A stretch of 63,067 nucleotides of DNA from Vicinamibacterales bacterium (GTDB lineage Bacteria > Acidobacteriota > Vicinamibacteria > Vicinamibacterales > CAVVIG01). A program made the position numbers and the translations under genes. The stretch is from positions 1 through 63,067 of the forward strand of contig DASXGC010000064.1 in NCBI GenBank assembly GCA_036489235.1. The letters are read 5' to 3'. The first letter of the stretch is position 1, and each line of letters opens with the position of its first letter. Positions 53,594 to 62,858 of the stretch are shown piece after piece. The notes beneath the pieces are model-generated. The model did not search any database, was not told where the DNA came from, and saw nothing but the letters and a program-made list of their open reading frames with translations.

Positions 53594-55693
53594 CTACCCG
53601 ATCTCGACGAGCCGGAACCGCTGTTGCCAGTTGGCGATCAGCTTGTCGATGCCGGTCGCGGTGACGTCGAGTGCCGACGCGAACCAGCGGGCGGCCTCGC
53701 GCTGCGCGGCGTCGAGCAGTTCGCGATCGCGAACCAGGTCGATGGTCCGGAATGTCGGCATGCCGGCCTGTCGCGTGCCGAAGAAATCGCCCGGGCCGCG
53801 CAGGCGCAGATCGCGCTCGGCGATCTCGAAGCCGTCGGTGGTCTCCGTCATCGCCCCCAGGCGCTCGCGTGCATCGTCGGACAGCGGCGACTGATACAGC
53901 AGAAAACAGAAGGACTGGTGACGGTCGCGCCCGACCCGGCCGCGCAGCTGGTGCAGCTGTGACAGCCCGAACCGTTCCGCGTGCTCGATCAGCATGACGG
54001 TGGCATTCGGTACGTCCACGCCGACCTCCACCACTGTGGTCGACACCAGGATCTGCAGTTCGCCGGCGGCGAACGATCGCATCACGCGATCCTTCGCATC
54101 GCTCTTCATCCGCCCGTGCAGCAGGCCAACGTGGTAGGCCGGAAATACTTCTTGCGCGAGATGATCGTGCATCTCGGTCGCGGCCTTGAGGTCGATCTTG
54201 GCCGATTCCTCCACCAGCGGATACACCACGTAGGCCTGGCGGCCGGCGTCAATCTGGCCGCGTACGAATTCGTAAATCTCGTCTCGCCGTGATTCCGGAC
54301 GCGCGGTCGTCTTGACCGGTAGTCGTCCCGCGGGCAACTCGCGGATCACGGACACGTCGAGATCGCCGTAGACGGTCAGCGCCAGCGTGCGCGGAATCGG
54401 CGTCGCGGTCATCACCAGTACGTCCGGATGCAAGCCTTTCGCACGAAGCGTCGCGCGCTGGAGTACGCCGAACCGATGCTGCTCGTCGATGACGGCGAGG
54501 CCGAGCTGCTTGAATCCGACGTCGCCTTGGACCAGCGCGTGGGTCCCCACCACCAGATGAATGGAGCCGCCCTGAATCTCCGCCAGTTGCTCGCGCCGGG
54601 CAGCGCTGGCAGTCGAACCGGTCAGCAGCGCGACACGAAACGACGAGGACTGGAGCAACCGCGAGATGTTGGTGAAGTGCTGCTCCGCCAGGATCTCGGT
54701 CGGCGCCATGAACGCCGCCTGGAGACCGTTCTCCATCGCCACCAGCGCCGCCAGCAGCGCGACAATCGTCTTGCCGGCGCCGACGTCGCCCTGCAGCAAT
54801 CGATTCATCGGAAAGCTGCGCTGCATGTCGTCCACGATTTCCTTCAGCGCCCGCTTCTGACCGTTGGTCAAGCGGAACGGCAGGATCTTTCGCGCCGACT
54901 CGCGGATCCGATCGTCCACGTGAACCGCCGACGTCTTGTGCTCCGCCTCGGCGGCCTGCCGCCGCGCCAGCACCCCGAGCTGAAAGAGAAACGCCTCCTC
55001 GAAAATCAGGCGCTGCTGCGCCGGCGTGGCAAAGCGGTTGAGCGCGTCGAGCGATGTGTCCTGCGGTGGAAAATGGGTCGCCAGCAGCGCCGCATACCGC
55101 GTCGGCAGCCCGAGCCGGACGCGAAGTTCCTCGGGCAGGTGTTCCGGAAGATCCGCAGGCAGACTGTGCAGCGCGTCGAACACCAGCCGTCGCTGCATCT
55201 TCGGCGTGACCGCGCCGGTTCGTTCGTAGACCGGCACGATCCGGCCCGTGTGGATCGTCTCGCCTTCTTCGTCGTCGAGAATCTCGTACTGCGGATTGGT
55301 GATCTGCAGGCTGGCGGAGCCTCGCATCTCGACCACGCCGTAGAGCACGACGTGCTGGCCGCGGACGAACACGTCCTTCAGAAAGGGCTGATTGAACCAC
55401 ACCGCTCGGAGCGACCCGCTGCCATCGTCCACCGCAGCCTCGAAGATCTTGAAGCCTGGACGACGAGTGGTGCGAAGCCCAGCGGCGAGGATGCGCCCGC
55501 TGATTGAGGCGGTCTGACCGGGTTTGAGCGACGAGATCGGCTGGAGCCGGCTGCGATCTTCGTAGCGCAGCGGAAATCGGTACAAAAGGTCTTCGAGGGT
55601 GACGAGGCCGGCGTGCTCGAGGTCGGCGCCGCGCCGGGGCCCCACGCCCTTCAGAAACTGCACGGGCGTCGCGAGCGCCTCGTCGGCCGTCAT
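53594..55693 (-). CDS. recG: ATP-dependent DNA helicase RecG
   Basis: A wedge domain followed by GDVGAGKT and DEQHRFG helicase motifs. Confidence 0.95.
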   Translation of the reverse strand: MTADEALATPVQFLKGVGPRRGADLEHAGLVTLEDLLYRFPLRYEDRSRLQPISSLKPGQTASISGRILAAGLRTTRRPGFKIFEAAVDDGSGSLRAVWFNQPFLKDVFVRGQHVVLYGVVEMRGSASLQITNPQYEILDDEEGETIHTGRIVPVYERTGAVTPKMQRRLVFDALHSLPADLPEHLPEELRVRLGLPTRYAALLATHFPPQDTSLDALNRFATPAQQRLIFEEAFLFQLGVLARRQAAEAEHKTSAVHVDDRIRESARKILPFRLTNGQKRALKEIVDDMQRSFPMNRLLQGDVGAGKTIVALLAALVAMENGLQAAFMAPTEILAEQHFTNISRLLQSSSFRVALLTGSTASAARREQLAEIQGGSIHLVVGTHALVQGDVGFKQLGLAVIDEQHRFGVLQRATLRAKGLHPDVLVMTATPIPRTLALTVYGDLDVSVIRELPAGRLPVKTTARPESRRDEIYEFVRGQIDAGRQAYVVYPLVEESAKIDLKAATEMHDHLAQEVFPAYHVGLLHGRMKSDAKDRVMRSFAAGELQILVSTTVVEVGVDVPNATVMLIEHAERFGLSQLHQLRGRVGRDRHQSFCFLLYQSPLSDDARERLGAMTETTDGFEIAERDLRLRGPGDFFGTRQAGMPTFRTIDLVRDRELLDAAQREAARWFASALDVTATGIDKLIANWQQRFRLVEIG

Positions 55694-56301
55694 TGCACGA
55701 TTATGGCTTGACCTCGCAGAACCTGGATCTCCCGGATGCGGGAAGGCAGTGCAAACGGATCGTCGAGGCTGACGCCCGCCGGCTTGTCGGCTGTGCGCGA
55801 ATAGTAGCTGACGATTTCCTGTAGAAACAGTTTCGGAATCGGCAGACTGCTGATGCTGGCTGACTCGAGCTCGAAGCGTCCGACGCCATTGCTGGTCGTC
55901 AGCACGCCGGTTGCACTGACCGGCAGACGCCCGGTCAGGTAATTCATCGGATCGAGCAGGCTGGTCGGCGCCTTCTGTTTCCGCACCGCGTCCAGATCCA
56001 CGACCGCCCGCCCTGACACACGGCCGGTGCCGACGATGGTGATCGACGGTTCGACGACGCCGGCAGGCAACTGTTCCTTGGCGTCGAAGGCGAGGTAGGA
56101 ATTGAGTTCGATTTCGGTAACGGTGGTGCGCCGCGGTTGCTTCGCACCGCGCTCGGCGTGGGACTGAATCGCCGCCACCTTCTGCTTCAACTGCTCGGCG
56201 TCACGTCGGGTCGCGGGGCCGTCGGCACGCGGCGTGGCCACCGCTGCCAGCAGTAGTACCGCGGCCAGCGTGCGGGAGATCGACGCATGACTCGAGGCCA
56301 T
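55690..56301 (-). CDS. Exported hypothetical protein (203 aa)
   Basis: It has a signal peptide. Its stop overlaps the recG ATG (ATGA). Confidence 0.55.
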   Translation of the reverse strand: MASSHASISRTLAAVLLLAAVATPRADGPATRRDAEQLKQKVAAIQSHAERGAKQPRRTTVTEIELNSYLAFDAKEQLPAGVVEPSITIVGTGRVSGRAVVDLDAVRKQKAPTSLLDPMNYLTGRLPVSATGVLTTSNGVGRFELESASISSLPIPKLFLQEIVSYYSRTADKPAGVSLDDPFALPSRIREIQVLRGQAIIVQ

Positions 56302-56311
56302 GAGCCCGATT

Positions 56312-56845
56312 TTACTGCTGTTTGGGGCGATTCGCCTGCCGGGCCCTGGTGACGAGGTCGAGCTTCCGGCGCTCCATGTTCTCCTCGAAGACCCGGAACT
56401 TCGCCTGCTGCGGCACGTTCAACACCTGATCGATGGCCTCGTAGGCTTTCTTCACATCGTCTGCCGCCCGGCCGTCCAGATCCTGCAGCGTTTTCAGGCG
56501 CTCCGACAGCACCGCTTCGTCGGGCGAACCGGCATTCAGCATGCGCCGCATCTCGTTGACCAGTTTCGCGTGCTCCTGCAGGTTCTTGCGTCGGATGTCC
56601 TGAAGGTTCTTGTAGCGGGTCACGAACTGCGAAAACTGGTCGTCGCCGATCTTCAACTGTTCCTGCGCCTGCATCAAGGCATAGCCGTCGAACATGCGCT
56701 GGATTTCCGCCGGCGTCACCGCTTCTTCCTCGCCGCCGGCGCGGCCCTGCCGGCCGGCTGCCTGACGTCCGAGCGGGCCCGCGATGCCGAGGCTGGCCGG
56801 CGTCAGCGCGCTCACGAGTACGATCGATGCGAAAAACTGCCTCAT
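56312..56845 (-). CDS. Periplasmic helical protein, Spy/CpxP-like
   Basis: A signal peptide and a Gln/Lys/Arg-rich helical repeat. It sits directly downstream of a sigma/anti-sigma pair. Confidence 0.45.
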   Translation of the reverse strand: MRQFFASIVLVSALTPASLGIAGPLGRQAAGRQGRAGGEEEAVTPAEIQRMFDGYALMQAQEQLKIGDDQFSQFVTRYKNLQDIRRKNLQEHAKLVNEMRRMLNAGSPDEAVLSERLKTLQDLDGRAADDVKKAYEAIDQVLNVPQQAKFRVFEENMERRKLDLVTRARQANRPKQQ

Positions 56846-56849
56846 CCCG

Positions 56850-57446
56850 TTAGTTCCCCGTGTGCGTCAACTCGTCGGCGAGCAGACGCCGCAGCTCGCG
56901 CAGTTCAGCGTCGCTCAGGTGGACGACCGCGTGCTCCGCACTGCCAGTGGCCGCCAGGCCGGCGTCGCCGGCGGACTCTGCGTCCATGTTCTTCGCGAGA
57001 TCGGCGACCAGGCTCAGCGACGGATCGGCCGTGAGCGAACCGGCCTCGCTCAGAAGTTCGCGCGACGGTAACACGTCCGCGGCCGCCGCAGGAGATCCAT
57101 CGCTGACCGCTGGCGCCGATCCGCGCCCGTTGACGAGCAGCGCAACCACCAGCATCACCGCAACCATTGATGCCGCCGGCATCAGCAACTGCGGCCACGA
57201 TAGTACGCCGCTCCACCAGCTCCGCCGAGCAGGTTCCGCGGCAACCACTTCGCTGACCCGGCTCGACAAATGGTCCCAGTACAGCGGCGAGGGTTCCGGC
57301 ACCTTCACCTCGGCGACCGCCGTCATCATCGTGCGCAGATCCGCCAGCTGCTGGCGGCAGGCGGCACATGACGAGAGATGCGGCGCAGACGCTTCGTCGG
57401 ACGCGCCTTCCGCGAGATCGATGAGTTGATCGGCGTTCAAGTGCAT
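56850..57446 (-). CDS. Zinc-finger (zf-HC2) transmembrane anti-sigma factor
   Basis: HLSSCAACRQQL (H-x3-C-x2-C) and one TM helix. The ATG overlaps the sigma stop (TAATG). Confidence 0.75.
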   Translation of the reverse strand: MHLNADQLIDLAEGASDEASAPHLSSCAACRQQLADLRTMMTAVAEVKVPEPSPLYWDHLSSRVSEVVAAEPARRSWWSGVLSWPQLLMPAASMVAVMLVVALLVNGRGSAPAVSDGSPAAAADVLPSRELLSEAGSLTADPSLSLVADLAKNMDAESAGDAGLAATGSAEHAVVHLSDAELRELRRLLADELTHTGN

Positions 57447-58021
57447 TACAGCCGTCCGTCCCCGAGCATTTTCTTCAAATTCGCCAGCGCGTGAAAGAAA
57501 TTTGCCTTCACCGCACCGACCGAGCTGCCGAGGATGTCGGCGATATCCTGATGCGGCATCTCGTGATACATCCGGAGAATCAGCGTCGCGCGCTGTTTCT
57601 TGGGCAGTTGCGCAATGGCCTCGCGTACGCGCACGGCGCGTTCGTCGCGCAACATCCGCTCCGACGCCGACTCCGATCGGCTGTCGGCGAATTCGCGCTC
57701 TTCGATCGCCTCCGTCAACTTGCCGAGCGGCGCCTTGCTGCTGATCCGGTTGAGGCAGACGTTGACGCCGATACGATGCAGCCAGGTGCCGATCGATGAC
57801 TGCCCACGAAAATTGCGAAGACCGCGGTAGGCCCGCAAAAAGACGTCCTGCGACAAATCGCTGGCGTCCTCGTGGTTCCCGATAAACCGGTAGCACAGCA
57901 AATAGACCGGCCGCCGGTGACGCTCGACGATGAGATCGAACGCCCCGGGTCGATTAGCGAGGCATGCGTCAACCAGCGCCCGCTCGTCGAGGGCGTCCAG
58001 ATTGCTGTCGGCCGACGTCAT
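57446..58021 (-). CDS. ECF (RpoE-like) sigma factor
   Basis: Sigma-2 region ..YLLCYRFIGNHEDASDLSQDVFLRAY.. and sigma-4 region ..MPHQDIADILGSSVGAVKANFFHA... Confidence 0.85.
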   Translation of the reverse strand: MTSADSNLDALDERALVDACLANRPGAFDLIVERHRRPVYLLCYRFIGNHEDASDLSQDVFLRAYRGLRNFRGQSSIGTWLHRIGVNVCLNRISSKAPLGKLTEAIEEREFADSRSESASERMLRDERAVRVREAIAQLPKKQRATLILRMYHEMPHQDIADILGSSVGAVKANFFHALANLKKMLGDGRL

Positions 58022-58139
58022 CGCGCGACGCCGAGTCGCGTCCGCATCCAAAGGGTGCCAGGTTCCGGAGAACGCCAATACCAGCGCAGGTGCCATCGGT
58101 CAGGCTTCAAAACCGTTAGACCGCTTGAGGCTCAGAAGG

Positions 58140-59093
58140 TTACACCTGGTGCCGGGGCAGCATCAGCTGCTCGACTTCGGCTGGGTTCGGGAGCCCTTCC
58201 CGGGCTCCCAGCTTGCGGCAGTTCAAGGCTGCCACGGCGTTGGCGTAGGCCAGCACGTCCTCGATGTCGGCGTCCGGCATGCTGAGGCAGGCCGCGGCGA
58301 AACCACCACGAAAGGCATCGCCCGCACCGGTGCTGTCCACGCAGTCCACGGGAAAGGCCGCGGTCCGGATTTCGCGGCCGTTGCACCACGCGAGGCTCCC
58401 CTCCTGGCCCAGCGTCACGCAGACGATGGCGGCGCCGGAATCACGACTGATGGTCTCGAGCGCGTGGCCGAGACCTTCGTGACCGGTCAGCGCACAGGGG
58501 AACTCCTGCGCGGCGATGATCGCGTCGATGTGCAGCAGCAATTCGCCGATGCCGGGCCTCACCTTTTCGACGTCGATGACGGTCGGGATTCCGGCGGCGC
58601 GTGCGTACTGGGCCGCACGTGTGGAGGCAGGTGTTTCGTGACAGTCCACGATCAGCATGCGTCCTGCCGTCACCGCCGCTTCGGGAACGTCAGCAGGCGT
58701 CATCGTCAAGGCTGGATGGCGATCCCACAGCACCGTGCGTTCGCCGGATCGCGCGTCCACCAGGATGACAGCAAAACGGTTGGTCGCGCCGGTCACCGTG
58801 CTCGCGGCGCTCACATCGACACCAGCGGAGATCAGGCTGTCCCTCGACAACACGCCCAGGTCGTCGTCACCAAAGCGACCGATATAAGTCGCGGTCAGGC
58901 CGAGGCGGGCGCAGGCCGCCATCGCCGTCGCGATTTCGCCGCCGGGGAGACGGGCGAAGCGCTGCAACCGCTGCTTGCTGTTGGGCGGCGGATATTCGGC
59001 GACCACAGCCATCAAGTCGACGCTGTTGAGGCCGAAGCCAGCGACGTCAAATCGCCTGGTTCCTGCCGCAGGAATCGAAAACGGGATGCGCAC
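58140..59093 (-). CDS. PfkB-family sugar or sugar-phosphate kinase
   Basis: ..GGEIATAM.. and the DSTGAGDAFRGGF motif. Confidence 0.8.
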   Translation of the reverse strand: MRIPFSIPAAGTRRFDVAGFGLNSVDLMAVVAEYPPPNSKQRLQRFARLPGGEIATAMAACARLGLTATYIGRFGDDDLGVLSRDSLISAGVDVSAASTVTGATNRFAVILVDARSGERTVLWDRHPALTMTPADVPEAAVTAGRMLIVDCHETPASTRAAQYARAAGIPTVIDVEKVRPGIGELLLHIDAIIAAQEFPCALTGHEGLGHALETISRDSGAAIVCVTLGQEGSLAWCNGREIRTAAFPVDCVDSTGAGDAFRGGFAAACLSMPDADIEDVLAYANAVAALNCRKLGAREGLPNPAEVEQLMLPRHQV

Positions 59094-59161
59094 CCTCTCA
59101 GAATCCTATCAGTCTCACTGGTCGATTCTTCATATTCTGGCTGAACGCCAGAGAGGCGCGT

Positions 59162-59713
59162 TTATTGGGCCGCCAGGATCCAATCGACGGCCTCTGTCAG
59201 CGACAGTGCGACGTGTGACGCAGATGAGGCCGCCTGCTCGACGACCTGGTCGCTCACCGCCTCGCCGGTTCGAACCAGACAGCCTCGGCCGCCAAACCGT
59301 ACTGCCGCCTCCACGTCCTTCACCGAGTCGCCGACCACGAACGAACGACCAAGATCGATCTGATGCTCGGTCGCGGCCAGTTCGTACAGGTAGGTTTGAG
59401 GTTTCTTACAACGACATGGTTCCGCGAACCGGTGCGGACACACATAAGGGCCAACGACGATGGCACCCTGCCGAGCCAGCAACGACGCGAAGCCCTCGAA
59501 CCAGATCTGGAAGTCGTCCGCCGAGAACATTCCCCTTGCGATGCGACTCTGAATAGTCACTACCGGGCAGATAAAGCCAGCCGACGTAAGCCGCGCCACC
59601 GCAGCCGCGGCATCGTCAATAAGCCGAAGATCGCTGGGGTGCCCAACCATGATCGGCAAGACGAGCGTGCCGTTCAGATCAAGAAACACCGCCGCACACC
59701 CTACCGCCCCCAT
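59162..59713 (-). CDS. HAD-IIIA hydrolase, GmhB (heptose-bisphosphate phosphatase)-like, with motif I reading DLN instead of DxD
   Basis: Zinc motif CPH..CRCKKP and GDS..D motif. Motif I reads VFLDLNGT. Start at MGAVGC overlaps the upstream gene by 13 nt. Confidence 0.65.
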   Translation of the reverse strand: MGAVGCAAVFLDLNGTLVLPIMVGHPSDLRLIDDAAAAVARLTSAGFICPVVTIQSRIARGMFSADDFQIWFEGFASLLARQGAIVVGPYVCPHRFAEPCRCKKPQTYLYELAATEHQIDLGRSFVVGDSVKDVEAAVRFGGRGCLVRTGEAVSDQVVEQAASSASHVALSLTEAVDWILAAQ

Positions 59714-60207
59714 ATCAGCCCCGCCGCGATCGCGAAGCCTGTTTCGTGCGCCCCCGGTTCGAAGGTCCGTTCGATCGCCGGTTCCAGATACCAACCGAGG
59801 TTCTGCCGGGGCCAGACCATCAGGTCGGCCACTGCAGACAGGCCCCAAAAAGTCTGATGCTCCGCTGTCGAGTGAATCAGTTCAGGCCCAATTCCCGCCA
59901 TGAATTCCACCGTACGAGAGATCCGCCACGGTTTCTTGAACAGCAGGTCCACCGGGATCTCTGCGCCGCCCGGATGGGCAATCACCGACACGCCGATTTC
60001 GAGTTCCAACCAGTGCTCAATCGGCGTGAATTCAACGGCGACGGTTCCCCCTTGGTGAAAGGCCTCCGACTTCGACCAGTCACCCTCCCAGCCAAACTCG
60101 AACACGACGGCATGATCGACATCAGGCGGCGGTTCCTGCGCGGCGAGGTGGCCGGCACATATCAGTAGCGCGAGAAGAGCGAACCCGAAAGCGCGCGGGC
60201 TGTTCAT
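59701..60207 (-). CDS. Exported hypothetical protein, possible small beta-barrel
   Basis: Signal peptide MNSPRAFGFALLALLICAGHLAA and an alternating beta-like pattern. The sequence ends ..AAGLIWGR. Confidence 0.5.
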   Translation of the reverse strand: MNSPRAFGFALLALLICAGHLAAQEPPPDVDHAVVFEFGWEGDWSKSEAFHQGGTVAVEFTPIEHWLELEIGVSVIAHPGGAEIPVDLLFKKPWRISRTVEFMAGIGPELIHSTAEHQTFWGLSAVADLMVWPRQNLGWYLEPAIERTFEPGAHETGFAIAAGLIWGR

Positions 60208-60334
60208 CGAGAGGAGCCTACGGCCGAGGTCTGGATTTGGGAAGGCACCAATTCTCCGGCGCTTGACCTTCGCCTTTCTTTTGCATACAGTGTCTTTCGC
60301 CTGGGGCACGAAGGTTCCAGCGGAGTGAGGGCCA

Positions 60335-60943
60335 ATGCTTCCTCTGACAAAACGGCAGCGAGAGATTCTCGACTACCTCAACGAATTCATCAGCCAGCAC
60401 GGCTACGCGCCCAGCCTCGAGGAAATCGGCCGCCGATTCGGCCTCTCTTCGCTCGCCACCGTGCATAAGCACCTCACCAATCTGCAGGAAAAAGGCTTCA
60501 TCAAGCGCGCCTGGAACCGCAGCCGATCGGTCGAAATGGTGCCGACGCGCGCCGGCGGGCGTGCGGTCGAGCTTCCGATGCTCGGCTATGTCGCCGCCGG
60601 ACTGCCGATCGAGGCCATCAGCTCCAACGAAACCATCGCCGTCCCCGAAGACCTGGTCGGTAAACGCGATACCTACGTCCTCCGCGTCCGCGGCGACTCG
60701 ATGATCGACGAGCAGATCCGCGACGGCGATTTCGTCGTCGTCGAGGACCGCAAGACCGCCGACAACGGCGAGATGGTCATCGCGCTGCTGCGCGGATCGG
60801 ACGTCACGCTCAAGAAGTTCTATCGCGATCCCGGCGGCAAGATCCGGCTGCAGCCGGCCAATGCCGCGATGCAGCCGATCTTCGCGGACCCGGATCAAGT
60901 GCAGGTCCAGGGCGTCGTCGTCGGGGTGATGCGGAAGTACTGA
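60335..60943 (+). CDS. lexA: LexA repressor
   Basis: Winged HTH, an Ala-Gly cleavage site (YVAAGLP), VRGDSM Ser and a catalytic Lys region. Confidence 0.95.
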   Translation: MLPLTKRQREILDYLNEFISQHGYAPSLEEIGRRFGLSSLATVHKHLTNLQEKGFIKRAWNRSRSVEMVPTRAGGRAVELPMLGYVAAGLPIEAISSNETIAVPEDLVGKRDTYVLRVRGDSMIDEQIRDGDFVVVEDRKTADNGEMVIALLRGSDVTLKKFYRDPGGKIRLQPANAAMQPIFADPDQVQVQGVVVGVMRKY

Positions 60944-60972
60944 GGCCAAAAGACTGAGGCCGAAAGACTAAC

Positions 60973-61740
60973 GTGCCTACCGCTGTCGTCACCGGTGCCA
61001 GCCGCGGCGTCGGACGCGGTGTCGCAACGGCTCTCACAGACGCCGGTTTCACCGTTCACGGCACCGGCCGGACGATCGCTGGCGCCGATCTTCCCACCGC
61101 GGTCATCCGGCACCGCTGCGATCATCTCGACGATGCCGAGACAGCAGCCGTGTTCGCGACGATCACCGCGACCGGCGGCATCGACCTCCTCGTCAACGCC
61201 GCGTGGGGCGGCTACGAGGGGATGATCGAAAACGGCGTCTTCACCTGGACGCGGCCATTCTGGGAGCAGCCAATCTATCGCTGGACCGGCATGATCGACG
61301 CGGGCGTTCGCGCCGCGTTCGTCTGCTCGGCTCTCGCGGCGCGCGTGATGGTGCCGAACCGGCAAGGACTCATCGTCAACATCAGCTTCTGGCCGGCACA
61401 GAAATATGTTGGCAACACCATCTACGGCATTGCGAAGGCAGCGACCGACAAGCTCACGTTCGACACCGCCCACGAACTACGGGCGCACGACGTCGCGGTG
61501 GTGTCGCTGTATCCGGGATTGGTTAGAACCGAAGCGGTGATAGCGGCAGCAAGCTGGCTCGACCTGTCGAACAGCGAGAGCCCGGAATTTTCTGGCCGGG
61601 CCGTCGCTGCCCTGGCCGCCGATCCAGGCCTCCTCCGCTGGACGGGCCGCGCCGTCATTGCCGCCGAACTCGCTCTGGCTTACAGATTCACCGACGTTGA
61701 CGGCAAGCAGCCTCGCCCGCTGACACTCGCTGACGTCTAG
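60973..61740 (+). CDS. SDR-family oxidoreductase
   Basis: TGASRGVGRG cofactor motif and ..YGIAK.. catalytic Tyr-x3-Lys. Confidence 0.8.
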   Translation: MPTAVVTGASRGVGRGVATALTDAGFTVHGTGRTIAGADLPTAVIRHRCDHLDDAETAAVFATITATGGIDLLVNAAWGGYEGMIENGVFTWTRPFWEQPIYRWTGMIDAGVRAAFVCSALAARVMVPNRQGLIVNISFWPAQKYVGNTIYGIAKAATDKLTFDTAHELRAHDVAVVSLYPGLVRTEAVIAAASWLDLSNSESPEFSGRAVAALAADPGLLRWTGRAVIAAELALAYRFTDVDGKQPRPLTLADV

Positions 61741-61756
61741 GCAGTAAACTCTGGGC

Positions 61757-62083
61757 ATGGCCGATCAGCCCAAGCAAATCAACTTCACCATCGTTCCCGA
61801 CGACAACGAATCGACGCCGCGCACCTACGCCAATTTTTGTTCGATCGCGCACACGCCGTTCGATTTCACGCTCACGTTCTGTGAGGTGATGCCGCTGTCG
61901 GACAAGGAAATCAAGGAAGCGGAGGCGCACCACGTCGTCCGCGCGCCGGTGAAGACCAAAATCGTCGTGCCGGTGCAGTTCGTGCCGAACCTGGTCGCGG
62001 CGCTGCAGGAGCACTGGCGGGTGTATTCCGAGTCCTACAGCAACGTGGGCTGGAACAAGAGCACCGAGCCGGGCGTCCACTGA
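61757..62083 (+). CDS. DUF3467-family protein
   Basis: ..YANFCSIAHTPFDFTLTF.. is the typical core of this family. Confidence 0.65.
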   Translation: MADQPKQINFTIVPDDNESTPRTYANFCSIAHTPFDFTLTFCEVMPLSDKEIKEAEAHHVVRAPVKTKIVVPVQFVPNLVAALQEHWRVYSESYSNVGWNKSTEPGVH

Positions 62084-62090
62084 CAACACC

Positions 62091-62858
62091 GTGAAAACCG
62101 CACGCGACACGCAGGAGATTCTCGACAAGCTCGAGACCCAGCATCCGGACGCTGACACCGAGCTCGATTACACAACCCCGTTCGAGCTGCTGACGGCGAC
62201 GATCCTGTCGGCACAATCGACCGACCAGGGCGTCAACCTCGTGACCCCGCGGTTGTTCAAGCGCTACCCAAACGCGACCATCCTCGCCAAAGCGACGCCC
62301 GAGGAGCTCGAACCGCAGATTCATTCGACCGGATTTTTCCGCGCCAAGTCCCGGTCGCTGATCGGGATGGCGAAAGCGCTGGTCGAGCATCACGGCGGCG
62401 AAGTCCCGCGCACGATGGAGGAACTGGTCGAACTGCCTGGCGTCGGCCGCAAGACCGCGAATGTCGTGCTCGGTCATGCGCTCGGCGTCCCCGGCCTGCC
62501 CGTCGATCGTCACGTCCTCCGCGTGTCCAATCGCATCGGCATCGCCGAAGGTGACGATGCGGTGCTGGTCGAGAAACAGCTGTGCGCGGCGATGCCGCCC
62601 GAACGATGGACGCGGACGTCGGACACGCTGATCCTGCACGGCCGGCGCATCTGCCGCCCGAAGCCGCTGTGCGATGTATGCGTCGTGCGCGACGACTGCG
62701 ACTACTACGCCAACGTCGTGTCGCAGGAGCGGATTGCGAAGCCGGCCGCCCGACGTTCGAAAAACGCCGGGCCCAAATCGAAACCGAAGAAGAAACCGAA
62801 GAAGAAACCGACGCCGAAACCCCGTGCAGCGAAGCGCGTTCGAAAAGCTCGTCGCTGA
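62091..62858 (+). CDS. nth: Endonuclease III (Nth) with a Lys/Pro-rich C-terminal tail
   Basis: HhH-GPD motif LVELPGVGRKTANVVL, catalytic D, and a four-Cys cluster C..C..C..C. The tail reads KSKPKKKPKKKPTPKPRAAKRVRKARR. Confidence 0.9.
   Translation: MKTARDTQEILDKLETQHPDADTELDYTTPFELLTATILSAQSTDQGVNLVTPRLFKRYPNATILAKATPEELEPQIHSTGFFRAKSRSLIGMAKALVEHHGGEVPRTMEELVELPGVGRKTANVVLGHALGVPGLPVDRHVLRVSNRIGIAEGDDAVLVEKQLCAAMPPERWTRTSDTLILHGRRICRPKPLCDVCVVRDDCDYYANVVSQERIAKPAARRSKNAGPKSKPKKKPKKKPTPKPRAAKRVRKARR

Noticed and set aside
54249-55507. ORFs 54249..55400 (-) and 54428..55507 (+)
   Set aside because: They are alternative frames or the antisense strand of recG.
57930-59144. 404-aa ORF on the plus strand
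   Set aside because: It is antisense to the PfkB kinase and the sigma-factor 5' end.
60208-60334. SOS box upstream of lexA
   Set aside because: No CTGT-N8-ACAG, GAAC-N4-GTTC or GTTC-N7-GTTC pattern is present. I cannot assign an operator without a genome-wide motif search.
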